This document shows, one piece after another, positions 49,006 to 58,338 of a stretch of DNA of 64,000 nt; positions within the stretch are counted from its first letter, which is position 1, and every line of letters starts with the position of its first letter. The position numbers were made by a program, and so were the translations under genes. Origin of the DNA: Myxococcota bacterium (GTDB taxonomy: Bacteria > Myxococcota_A > UBA9160 > UBA4427); contig OZ252299.1 of NCBI GenBank assembly GCA_965250285.1, forward strand, positions 3,168,001 through 3,232,000, written 5' to 3'. A model generated the notes under the pieces. The model ran no database searches. It had not been told where the DNA came from and saw only the letters and a list, made by a program, of their open reading frames with translations.

Positions 49006-50081
49006 GACACCGCCCGCCCCGTTCACCCACGCGGCGAGTCGCGCACGCGCTCGTGTGCGGCGGGCTCGCGCTTGGCCTGTTCGTCTGCGCCGCGCTCACC
49101 GCCGAGCCGGCGCGCGCCGTCATCGTCGACTCCGGCGATGGCGCGGGCAACATCGATCCGCCCGACGACCTGCCCTGGTGGGATCACGTCAACGAACGGC
49201 TCGGCGGCACCACGATCATCTACCTCGGTCATGGCTGGGTGCTGACGGCCCGGCACGTCGGGATGGGCAGCCTGCTGATCGGAGGCAAGCGCTTCGAGCC
49301 CGACCCCGAGACCCTCATCGAGTTCGGCGAACCAGGTCGCCCCGCCGACCTGATCGCGTTCCGCCTCAAGGCCGATCGCGTCTGGCCCGACCTGCCGCTG
49401 CTGCCGATCAGCGAGGTGACACCAGCGCGCGGTGAAGAGGTGCTGATGGTCGGCAACGGGCGCAACCGCGGCAAGCGGCTGCGCGCCCGCCGCGAGGGCG
49501 AGACGCGCGCGACCGGCTGGAGCTGGGGCCCCGGATCGAAGAAGCGCTGGGGGACGAACTCGGTCGACCTGGTCGACCAGGTCATCGAGCACTCCGATAC
49601 GTCGACGCCCTCGTTCGCGACGCGCTTCGAGTCGATCTTCATGGGCGACACGACCATGCACGAGGCGCAGGCGGCGAGCGGCGACAGCGGCGGCGCCGTG
49701 TTCAAGCGCGTCGACCCCGATGATCCCGAGAGCGAGTGGGTGCTCGCCGGCGTGATGTTCACCGTGCGTCATCCCTACGGCGGCCCCGACAAGGCTGCGC
49801 TCTACGGCGACTTCACCTACATCGTCGACGTGGCGCGGTACCGCGACGAGCTGATCGCGGCCGTGCGTCCGGTCTGTGCGAACGAGCGCGACGACGACGG
49901 CGATGGCCTGATCGACCACCCCGACGATCCCGACTGCGTGAGCCCGTTCACCCTCGACGAGGGCAGCGGTGAGGTCGGCCCCGGCCGGTGGACGCTGTTG
50001 CAGGTTCAGATTGTGTCGATCGCGGCGGTCGCGCTGTTCGGCCTCATGATGCTGACGGTTGCGCTCTGGCCGCGGCGCTGA
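49002..50081 (+). CDS. Trypsin-like serine protease, secreted, C-terminal membrane anchor
   Basis: VLTARH, ADLIAF, GDSGG; C-terminal hydrophobic helix plus RR. Confidence 0.8.
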   Translation: MRHRPPRSPTRRVAHALVCGGLALGLFVCAALTAEPARAVIVDSGDGAGNIDPPDDLPWWDHVNERLGGTTIIYLGHGWVLTARHVGMGSLLIGGKRFEPDPETLIEFGEPGRPADLIAFRLKADRVWPDLPLLPISEVTPARGEEVLMVGNGRNRGKRLRARREGETRATGWSWGPGSKKRWGTNSVDLVDQVIEHSDTSTPSFATRFESIFMGDTTMHEAQAASGDSGGAVFKRVDPDDPESEWVLAGVMFTVRHPYGGPDKAALYGDFTYIVDVARYRDELIAAVRPVCANERDDDGDGLIDHPDDPDCVSPFTLDEGSGEVGPGRWTLLQVQIVSIAAVALFGLMMLTVALWPRR

Positions 50082-50121
50082 CGCCACGGGCCGCTCACAC
50101 CGACCGGCGCTTCGCCATCGA

Positions 50122-50901
50122 TCACTCGGGTGTGACGTAGGCGGCGTTGATGCCGCCGTCGACGAGAAACGTCGTCCCGGTCACGTACGACGCCTCGTCG
50201 CTCGCGAGAAAGAGCGTCGCGTTCGCGATCTCGTCGGCCTCGGCGAGCCGACCGAGCGGGATATGGACGAGGCGGCGCGCGCGCTGCGCGGGGTCGGCGA
50301 GGAACTCTTCGAGCAGCGGCGTGTTGACCGGCCCCGGGCAGAGCGCGTTGGCCCGCACCCCCTGGCGCGCGTACTCCACCGCGATCTCGCGGGTCATCGC
50401 GAGCACGGCCCCCTTGCTCGCCGTGTAGGCGATCTGCGAAGTCGCCGCGCCGACCACGGCGACGAACGACGCGGTGTTGATGATCGAGCCGCCGCCCGAC
50501 TCGAGCATGGCCGGCAGGCCGTGCTTGCAGCCGAGGAACACGCCCTTGGCGTTCACGTCCATCACGAGATCCCAGGTGGCGAGCGGCGTGTCGACCGGCG
50601 AGCCGTCGTCTTCGGGGAAGATGCCCGCGTTGTTGAAGAGCACGTGCAACCCGCCGAGCTCGCGCGTGCAGGCCGCGACCGCGGCCTGCACCTGGTCGTC
50701 GACCGTGACGTCGCAGGCGACGTCGATGGCGCGCCCCCCGGCATCGCGAATCTGCTCTGCGGTGTGGCGGCCGGCATCGGCGTCGCGGTCGCAGACCGCC
50801 ACGGCGGCGCCCTCCGCTGCGAAGAGCAGCGCCGTCTTGAGGCCGATGCCGCTGCCCGCGCCGGTGATCAGCGCCGCCTTGCCTTCGAGTCGCTTCGTCA
50901 T
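50122..50901 (-). CDS. SDR oxidoreductase
   Basis: TGAGSGIG, NNAG, YTASK. Confidence 0.92.
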   Translation of the reverse strand: MTKRLEGKAALITGAGSGIGLKTALLFAAEGAAVAVCDRDADAGRHTAEQIRDAGGRAIDVACDVTVDDQVQAAVAACTRELGGLHVLFNNAGIFPEDDGSPVDTPLATWDLVMDVNAKGVFLGCKHGLPAMLESGGGSIINTASFVAVVGAATSQIAYTASKGAVLAMTREIAVEYARQGVRANALCPGPVNTPLLEEFLADPAQRARRLVHIPLGRLAEADEIANATLFLASDEASYVTGTTFLVDGGINAAYVTPE

Positions 50902-51509
50902 GCGGGGTCTTCCCAGCTGGTGACGGCCGTGCAGAGGCCGTCGATCAAGGTGTGCAGGTCGGGGCTGCGCGAGATCCCCTCGTGATCCGACCAGCCCCAC
51001 TCCTTGCGATTCCACCGGATGGTCGGCGGCAGCTCGATCTGCACGCCCGACTCGGGCGGTCGGTTGACCGGGTTGCGTGGATGCTGCCCACGCAGCTCCT
51101 TCGGGATCGTCTCGAGGTCGTCGACGACCTGATAGGGGGCGCGCAGCACGTCGCGCAGATGTTCGGAGATGTGGGCGGCGAGCGTGCGATTGCGCCCGCC
51201 GACGAGCAGATGGTGCCAGGACGTCTCGCGACCGTAGCCGTGGATCGAGATCGCGACGTCGACGTGCCCGAGAAACCGAGCGAGCGCGTCCGATTCGGCC
51301 GGGTCGAAGGCGAGCGACGAGATGTGGCGGCGAAGCGGCGCGCGCTGCAGCACCGCGTAGAGCGAAGAACCGGTGCGCTCGGCCACCTCGCGGGCGACCG
51401 CGTCGGTGCTGCGTTCGAGGTTGCCCCCGTGGTACGCCATCAAGCCGATGCGACCGCGCAGCTCGCACACTTCGGTCACGTCGGGATGGGCGAGCAGGGC
51501 AGCCAGCAT
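50898..51509 (-). CDS. Poly-gamma-glutamate hydrolase family (DUF867) protein
   Basis: HGGNLE, HISS, SIHG, NPVN, GVQIE. Confidence 0.8.
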   Translation of the reverse strand: MLAALLAHPDVTEVCELRGRIGLMAYHGGNLERSTDAVAREVAERTGSSLYAVLQRAPLRRHISSLAFDPAESDALARFLGHVDVAISIHGYGRETSWHHLLVGGRNRTLAAHISEHLRDVLRAPYQVVDDLETIPKELRGQHPRNPVNRPPESGVQIELPPTIRWNRKEWGWSDHEGISRSPDLHTLIDGLCTAVTSWEDPA

Positions 51510-51516
51510 CCGTCGT

Positions 51517-51939
51517 CTACTCCGCCACCTCGGCGTGGCCGAGACCGCGGAGCGCGTCGCGCACGCGCACCGCGGCGGCAGCGAGCGCGTCCTGCCCGAC
51601 CGACGCATCGGCCCGACTGAAGTTGACGTCGCCCTCGCTGTCGATCGGCACCACGTGGACGTGCACGTGGGGCACCTCCATGCCCAGCACCATCGTCGCG
51701 ACCCGCGCTGGCTCGAAGGCCTGCATCAGGGCCTGCCCGACCTTCTGCGCGACGCGCGTGAGGTGCGCGTTGATTTCAGGGTCGAGGTCGAGCCAGTGAT
51801 CGACCTCGGCGCGCGGCACCACGAGGCAGTGCCCCGGCTTGAGTGGCGCGATCGAGAGAAAGACGACGCAGTGCTCGTCCTTCCAGACGAAGTGCGCCGG
51901 CAGCGCCCCTTCGATGATCTTCGTGAAGATCGTCGGCAT
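51517..51939 (-). CDS. HIT family protein
   Basis: TIFTKII, GHCLVVP, HVHVH. Confidence 0.93.
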   Translation of the reverse strand: MPTIFTKIIEGALPAHFVWKDEHCVVFLSIAPLKPGHCLVVPRAEVDHWLDLDPEINAHLTRVAQKVGQALMQAFEPARVATMVLGMEVPHVHVHVVPIDSEGDVNFSRADASVGQDALAAAAVRVRDALRGLGHAEVAE

Positions 51940-52253
51940 GCTTGCTGTGCTCCCTTGCTCCCGCGCGGCGCGGTGGGTGGCGTATCTCGGGCGGCTTCCG
52001 ACGTGTCCGAAACGCGGCGAGCGAGCCCCGGCGCACCGGCAAAAGTGCCGCAACGCCGGAGAGTTGCGCCACCCCTCGACGTGACGTTCCCGGCGCGGGC
52101 CACACGCACCGGCAGGCCGCACTCTGCTACGCTGCACGTCTCGCGGGCGCGCCCCCCGCGGCGATCATCCAAACGTCTTCAACCGCAGCGCGCGGGACCG
52201 ATCTCGGCCCGCAGCCGCGATCCCCACTCGGGGACCGACAAGGGAGCACCCAC

Positions 52254-53444
52254 ATGAGCAGGAAGGTCTACGTCGTTGGCGTCGGCATGACGAAGTTCGA
52301 GAAGCCCGGCGGCCGAGATTGGGATTACCCCGACATGGCCCGCGAGGCCGGCACCAAGGCGATCGAAGACGCCGGCATTCAGTTCGACGACATCGAGCAA
52401 GCGGCGGTCGGTTACTGCTACGGCGACAGCACGACCGGTGAGCGCGCCTTCTACGAGCTCGGCCACTCGGGCATCCCGATCTACAACGTGAACAACAACT
52501 GCTCGACGGGCTCGACGGCGCTCTTCATGGCCAAGCAGTTCATCGAGGGTGGGCTGGCCGACTGCGCCATGGCGCTCGGCTTCGAGAAGATGGAAAAGGG
52601 CTCGCTCGGCATCAAGTACACCGACCGAACCAACGCCCTCGACAAGCACTTCACCGTGATGAACGAACAGCGCGGCTTCGCCAAGGCGCCGCCGGCGGCT
52701 CAGATGTTCGGCAACGCCGGCATCGAGCACATGGAGAAGTACGGCACCAAGCCCGAGCACTTCGCGAAGATCGGCTGGAAGAACCACAAGCACTCGGTCA
52801 ACAACCCGTACTCGCAGTTCCAGGACGAGTACAGCCTCGAAGACATCCAGAACGCGCCGCAGGTCTTCGGCCCGCTGACCAAGCTGCAGTGCTGCCCGAC
52901 GAGCGATGGTTCGGGCGCCGCGATCCTCGCGAGCGAAGACTTCATCAAGAAGCACGGCCTCGAGGCCAAGGCGGTCGAGATCCTCGGCATGGCCATGACC
53001 ACCGACTACCCGTCGAGCTACGAGGGGTCGATGATCAAGATGGTCGGTCAGGACATGACCATGAAGGCCGCCCAGAAGGTGTACGAGCAGGCCGGCTACG
53101 GCCCCGAGAACGCCGACGTGGTCGAGCTGCACGACTGCTTCTCGTGCAATGAGCTGGTGACCTACGAGGGTCTCGGCCTCTGCCCGGAGGGCAAGGCCGG
53201 CGAGTTCGTCGACGCCGAAGCCTTCACGTACGGCGGTCAGTGCGTCGTGAACCCGTCGGGCGGCCTGATCTCGAAGGGCCACCCGCTGGGTGCCACCGGT
53301 CTGGCCCAGTGCGCCGAGCTCAACTGGCAGCTGCGCGGCGAAGCCGAGAAGCGCCAGGTCGACGGCGCGAAGATCGCGCTTCAGCACAACCTCGGCCTCG
53401 GTGGCGCCGCCGTGGTCGCGATGTACAAGAAGGCCGAGCTCTAG
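52254..53444 (+). CDS. SCP2-type thiolase (lipid-transfer protein)
   Basis: [30 protein letters not shown]. Confidence 0.93.
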   Translation: MSRKVYVVGVGMTKFEKPGGRDWDYPDMAREAGTKAIEDAGIQFDDIEQAAVGYCYGDSTTGERAFYELGHSGIPIYNVNNNCSTGSTALFMAKQFIEGGLADCAMALGFEKMEKGSLGIKYTDRTNALDKHFTVMNEQRGFAKAPPAAQMFGNAGIEHMEKYGTKPEHFAKIGWKNHKHSVNNPYSQFQDEYSLEDIQNAPQVFGPLTKLQCCPTSDGSGAAILASEDFIKKHGLEAKAVEILGMAMTTDYPSSYEGSMIKMVGQDMTMKAAQKVYEQAGYGPENADVVELHDCFSCNELVTYEGLGLCPEGKAGEFVDAEAFTYGGQCVVNPSGGLISKGHPLGATGLAQCAELNWQLRGEAEKRQVDGAKIALQHNLGLGGAAVVAMYKKAEL

Positions 53445-53468
53445 CGTCGAGCCCAGCCGAGTCGATTC

Positions 53469-53506
53469 GGGCCCCGGTGGCGTCGCCACCGGGGCCCTTG
53501 TCTTTT
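53469..53506 (+). terminator. Intrinsic terminator
   Basis: GGGCCCCGGTGGCG-T-CGCCACCGGGGCCC followed by TTGTCTTTT. Confidence 0.8.
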
Positions 53507-53564
53507 CGAACGACACGAAGTGCGGTGGGTGTGCACCACGCCGCCCCCTACCCTCCCGGCACCG

Positions 53565-54944
53565 ATGCCCTCGCCTTCGACCGAGCTCGCGAAGATCCCG
53601 ACGTGGCGAAAGACCGTGTTCGCCCTGGGCGACCACACGGTCAACGTCGCACTGTCTGCGCTCTCGCTCGTCTTCTTCTTCTTCTTGACCACCGTCGTCG
53701 GCCTCGAGCCGTGGCGCGCGGGCGCCCTGGTCGGCGCGGCCCGGTTCATCGACGCCATCAGCGACCCGATGATGGGTCGCATCTCGGATCACACCCGCTC
53801 GCGCTTCGGTCGCCGACGCCCCTGGTTCTTGATTGGCGCCCTGCCCTTCGGCCTGTCGTTCGCGCTGCTCTGGCAGGTACCGTTCAGCGGGCAGACGGCG
53901 ATGATGCTCTACTACCTGGTCGTCTACGTCGCGGTGGCCGTTTCGATGACCGTCGTATCGGTGCCCTACATGGCGCTGATCCCCGAGTGGAGCCGCGACT
54001 TCGACGAGCGCACATCGCTCAACACGGTGCGGTCGGCCTTCGCCGTAATCGGCACGATGGTCGCAGCCGGCATCCTCAAGCTCGCCGACGTACTCGGCGG
54101 CGACGCCGCGGCGTACGGCTGGATCGGCGCGGGGCTCGGCGTCTGGCTCGCGGTGCCGTGGCTCGCCGTCTTTTTCGTGTGCGACGACCCGCCGCGTCCC
54201 CCCGACGACGCACCGCCGACGCCGCTCTTCGAGAGCCTCCGCACGCTCGCCGGTCACGGCAACTACCTGCGGCTCTGCGGCCTCTACATCGCCGCGCGCA
54301 TCTCGGTCGACCTGCTCGGTCTCGCGTTTCCGCTCTACATGGCGATCTGGCTCGGTCGCAAGAGTGAGACGACCTGGGTACTGCTCGTGATGCTCTGCGT
54401 CGTGGTCGTATCGCTGCCGATCTGGCTGCGCGTCTCGCGCGAGACCGAGAAACACAAGGTCTTCATCGCGGGCGCGGCGTGGTTCGCGCTCGTGCTGTTC
54501 GGCGTCGGCTTCGCCCGACCCGATTGGCCTGTCTGGGCCACCTTCGCCCTCGCCGCGCTGCTGGGGGTCGGCTACGCGATCTGCGATCTGATGCCCTGGG
54601 CCATGGTGGGCGAGGTGATCGACGAGGACGAGCTGCGCACGGGCGAGCGCCGCGAGGGGCTGTACAACGGCACGTTCACATTCCTGCGTAAGGTGGGGGG
54701 CGCCGCCGCATCGGGCCTCGCGGGTGTCGCCCTGTCGGCGGCCGGCTACGAAGCCGAACGTGAAGTGACGCCGGCGGCGCGTGAGGTCGTGCGCGGGCTC
54801 ACGTCGGTCATCCCGGCGCTGTTCCTGGTCGGCTCGATCGGCCTCGCGATCGGCTACCCGCTCTCGCGGGCGCGCCACGACGAGATCCTCGCGGCGCTTG
54901 CGGCCCGTGAGCGCGGCGGGGCCCTCGGCGGGGGCACCGACTGA
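53565..54944 (+). CDS. MFS transporter, GPH (MelB-like) family
   Basis: DAISDPMMGRISD, RFGRRRPW, TGERREGLY. Confidence 0.9.
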   Translation: MPSPSTELAKIPTWRKTVFALGDHTVNVALSALSLVFFFFLTTVVGLEPWRAGALVGAARFIDAISDPMMGRISDHTRSRFGRRRPWFLIGALPFGLSFALLWQVPFSGQTAMMLYYLVVYVAVAVSMTVVSVPYMALIPEWSRDFDERTSLNTVRSAFAVIGTMVAAGILKLADVLGGDAAAYGWIGAGLGVWLAVPWLAVFFVCDDPPRPPDDAPPTPLFESLRTLAGHGNYLRLCGLYIAARISVDLLGLAFPLYMAIWLGRKSETTWVLLVMLCVVVVSLPIWLRVSRETEKHKVFIAGAAWFALVLFGVGFARPDWPVWATFALAALLGVGYAICDLMPWAMVGEVIDEDELRTGERREGLYNGTFTFLRKVGGAAASGLAGVALSAAGYEAEREVTPAAREVVRGLTSVIPALFLVGSIGLAIGYPLSRARHDEILAALAARERGGALGGGTD

Positions 54945-55039
54945 GCCGCCATCGGCGCGTGGGTCCATCCTCACACTTCGGCGTCGGTCCCGGTCGAGCG
55001 CGCTTCCGATTCAGGGTGCGCGGGTGATAGACTCAGCCG

Positions 55040-57433
55040 ATGCCGTCGCAGGGCCCCACGACGCACACACCGCCGGCCCCCGCCTGGCCCACCGTGGCCG
55101 ACGACGCGCCGGTCCTCTTTCTACTCGACGCTTCGAGTGCGCTCGAGCGGCGGCGGCTGGTGCAGTGGATCGAAGAGACGCGGCCCGCCGGCCGCGCCCC
55201 CGAGCACGACAGCTGGACCCAGATCCCGCCGAGCCGACGCCGGCGCGCGTCGACCCACCCGCCGGCCGAGCTCGAAGCGGCACTTGCGACGCAGGACGAC
55301 CCGCTGCTCGTGCCGCTGCGCATCGCGTGGCTGCCGGGCCTCAAGGACGGCGAGCGCCAGGTGCGCCTCACCGACGTATTGAGCTTCGGCGACCCGCGCG
55401 ATCCCGGGCCCCTGCGACAGCGCTGGGTCGCGATGCGCTTCAAGGATCGCGTGCGCGTCGTGCAGGGCGAGCCCGCCCATGCACGCGAGCTGCGCGAACG
55501 CTGGGCCGACGCCTGCCGCACCGACACCGGCGCGACCACCGGCCTGGCCGAGTTCGTGAGCGCCCAGGCCCAGCTCGCGCTCGAGCGCTCGGAGCGGCGA
55601 CTGCGCGGCAATCGCTACAAGGTGCCGCGCCTCGTCGGCGAGCAGATTCTGTCGAGCCCGGCCTTTCGCGGCGGGCTCTCGCGCATCGCGCAGCAGACCG
55701 GACGCAGCGAAGCCGACGTCTCACGCGAAGCAGGCCGGATCCTCAAGGAGATCAAGGCGACCCACAGCCCCTTCGTGATCGACATCGCGTCGCACCTCAT
55801 CAAGTGGATGTACACGCAAGGCTACGCCGAGAGCCTCGAGTACGACCGCGAGCAGCTGGCCGGCATTGCCTCGCTCGCCCAACGCAACCCGGTCGTCTTT
55901 CTGCCGACGCACAAGTCGAACCTCGACCATCTGGTGCTGCAGTTCATGCTGCACGAGAACGGGCTGCCGCCGAATCACACGGCGGGCGGCATCAACATGA
56001 ACTTCTTCCCAGTGGGTCCGATCGTGCGGCGCAGCGGTGTGTTCTTCATCCGCCGTACGTTCAAGGACAACGAGCTCTACAAACACGTGCTCGGCAGCTA
56101 CATCGACTACCTGGTCGAGAAGCGCTTCTCGCTCGAGTGGTACATCGAGGGGGGCCGTTCTCGCTCGGGCAAGCTGCTGCCGCCGCGCTTCGGCCTGCTC
56201 GCCTACGTCGTCGACGCCTATCGCCGCGGCAAGTCGGACGACGTGCACCTGATCCCGATCTCGGTGGCCTACGACCAGATCCAGGATCTCGGCAGCTACG
56301 TGAACGAGCAGCTCGGCAAGCAGAAAGAGAAGGAGAGCCTCGGCTGGTTCATCGGTGTGATCCGCGGCCTGCGCAAGCGCTACGGCAAGGTACACATCCG
56401 CTTCGGCGAGCCGATGAGCCTGCGCGCCGCCCTCGGGCCGCCCGATCCGTCGAGCCTGCCCGACCCCGACGAGCGCAACGTCGAGCTCCAGAAGCTCGCC
56501 TTCGAGGTCTCGGTGCGAATCAACCGCGCCACGCCGATCACACCCACGGCGATGCTGACGATGGTGCTGCTCGGCGCAGGCGACCGCGCGAGCACGCTCG
56601 AAGAGATCCGCGTGCGCATGCGCAACTCGCTCACCTACGCCGAGGAGCGCAAGCTGCCCGTCAGCGCCGACTTCCACGACCTCGAGACCGACGCGGGCGT
56701 GCTGCGGACCCTCGACGAGCTGATCGAGAACGACGTCGTGAGCCGCTACGACGGCGGGCCCGACGCCGTGTACCGAATCGGCCCCGATCAGCAGCTCGCG
56801 GCCGCGTACTATCGCAACACGATCGTTCACTACTTCGTGAACGAGGCCATCGTCGAGCTCGCTGTGCTGCGCGCGGCCGAGATGGAGACCGACGACCCCG
56901 TCGAGTCGTTCTGGGACGAAGCGTTCCGACTGCGCGATCTGCTCAAGTTCGAGTTCTTCTTTGCGGAGAAGGACATCTTCCGCGCCGAGCTGCGCGCCGA
57001 GATCGAGCGCATCTCGCGCACGTGGGAGGACGACCTGCGCGAGGGCAACGCAAGGCAGCTCACGGTTCAGCTGCGCCCCTACATGGCGCACCGCGCCCTG
57101 CGTCCCTTCCTCGAGGCGTACCAGGTGGTCGCAGACCGCCTGCAGATCTGCGACCCCGACAAGCCCTTCAACGAACCGATCTTCGTGCCCGGCTGCCTGG
57201 GCCTCGGATCACAGTATCTGCTGCAGGGTCACATCCACAGCGCGTCGTCGATCTCGAAGGCGCTCTTCGAGACGGCCCTCAAGCTCGCGCGCAACCGCGG
57301 CCTGCTCGAGGGCAGCGGCGAAGAGCTGGCAGCGCGCCGCCACGCGTTCAGCGAGGAGATCCACGACGTGCTGCGGCGGGTCGACGCCATCGAGGCGCTC
57401 GCTGCGAGCCGGCGAGCCGGGTTGATCGCCTAG
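55040..57433 (+). CDS. plsB: Glycerol-3-phosphate O-acyltransferase
   Basis: HKSNLD, FFIRR, EGGRSRSGKLLPP. Confidence 0.88.
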   Translation: MPSQGPTTHTPPAPAWPTVADDAPVLFLLDASSALERRRLVQWIEETRPAGRAPEHDSWTQIPPSRRRRASTHPPAELEAALATQDDPLLVPLRIAWLPGLKDGERQVRLTDVLSFGDPRDPGPLRQRWVAMRFKDRVRVVQGEPAHARELRERWADACRTDTGATTGLAEFVSAQAQLALERSERRLRGNRYKVPRLVGEQILSSPAFRGGLSRIAQQTGRSEADVSREAGRILKEIKATHSPFVIDIASHLIKWMYTQGYAESLEYDREQLAGIASLAQRNPVVFLPTHKSNLDHLVLQFMLHENGLPPNHTAGGINMNFFPVGPIVRRSGVFFIRRTFKDNELYKHVLGSYIDYLVEKRFSLEWYIEGGRSRSGKLLPPRFGLLAYVVDAYRRGKSDDVHLIPISVAYDQIQDLGSYVNEQLGKQKEKESLGWFIGVIRGLRKRYGKVHIRFGEPMSLRAALGPPDPSSLPDPDERNVELQKLAFEVSVRINRATPITPTAMLTMVLLGAGDRASTLEEIRVRMRNSLTYAEERKLPVSADFHDLETDAGVLRTLDELIENDVVSRYDGGPDAVYRIGPDQQLAAAYYRNTIVHYFVNEAIVELAVLRAAEMETDDPVESFWDEAFRLRDLLKFEFFFAEKDIFRAELRAEIERISRTWEDDLREGNARQLTVQLRPYMAHRALRPFLEAYQVVADRLQICDPDKPFNEPIFVPGCLGLGSQYLLQGHIHSASSISKALFETALKLARNRGLLEGSGEELAARRHAFSEEIHDVLRRVDAIEALAASRRAGLIA

Positions 57434-57672
57434 TCGACGGCGCACGGGCGCGGCGCCGGTTGCCCCGCCGTCGGCGCTCGGGTGACGTCGGCCCCCGGCT
57501 AACCAGAAGCGAGCCGATCTCGTATCCTTCGCCCCGGGATGGGGGGCCCGCGGCGCGCCCTCGTCTTCACGCACGCCCGGCTTGCGCGCGCCGCGCCAAC
57601 GAGGAGACCCGCGATGACGACGGCCTCACCGAGGCCTCGGGCGCAGCATCTGCGTCGCGCGGGGCCCGTATC

Positions 57673-58338
57673 ATGCTGCGTCTGATGCTCGTCCTCGTCG
57701 TCCTCGTCCCGCTCGGCACCGTCGCCGTGCTGCTCGGCGCCTACGTCGCCATCGCGCGCGCCACGGACGGCCTCGTATTCACCGAGGTCGAGCGGCTCCC
57801 CGACCGACAGTTCGGCCTCGTGCTCGGCACGACCCCGCGGTTGCGCGACGGCAACGCCAACGCCTACTTCGACTACCGGATGGACGCCGCGGCCGAGCTC
57901 TGGCGCACCGGCAAGGTCGAGCAGCTCATCCTCTCGGGCGACAACACCGACCGGCGCTACGACGAACCGAGATACATGCGCGACGCCCTGCTCGCGCGCG
58001 GCGTCGCCGAAGACGCGCTGATCCTCGACGGCGCGGGCGTGCGCACGTTCGACTCGGTGCTGCGCGCGCGCGTCACGTACGAGGTCGAACAGCCGATCGT
58101 CATCTCGCAGGAGTTCCACAATCGCCGCGCGCTCTTCATTGCACGGCACTACGGCATCGACGCGATCGGCTTCAATGCCCGCGACGTGGCCCCCGACCAG
58201 GGCCTGCGCACGAAGACCCGCGAAGCCTTCGCGCGGGTGAAGACGCTGCTCGACCTCTGGGTGCTCGGCACCCGGCCCGCCGACCTCGCCGAGAGCCGCT
58301 CGCGCCAGAAGGCGGCCGAGGAGGAGCGCGCCTCTTGA
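57673..58338 (+). CDS. SanA/YdcF (DUF218) family protein
   Basis: GLVLGT, SGDN, RTFDS, ISQEFH.RA. Confidence 0.88.
   Translation: MLRLMLVLVVLVPLGTVAVLLGAYVAIARATDGLVFTEVERLPDRQFGLVLGTTPRLRDGNANAYFDYRMDAAAELWRTGKVEQLILSGDNTDRRYDEPRYMRDALLARGVAEDALILDGAGVRTFDSVLRARVTYEVEQPIVISQEFHNRRALFIARHYGIDAIGFNARDVAPDQGLRTKTREAFARVKTLLDLWVLGTRPADLAESRSRQKAAEEERAS

Noticed and set aside
52179..54974. 931-aa minus-strand ORF and similar long ORFs (47518-49026, 59469-61001, 26939-28312)
   Set aside because: Antisense shadows of well-supported genes, expected at high GC
54781..58338. Apparent long fusions or extensions (1185-aa ORF; also 35751-37676, 24264-26444, 1338-3452)
   Set aside because: N-terminal parts are Arg/Pro/Ala-rich off-frame read-through over other genes; only the C-terminal portions are real
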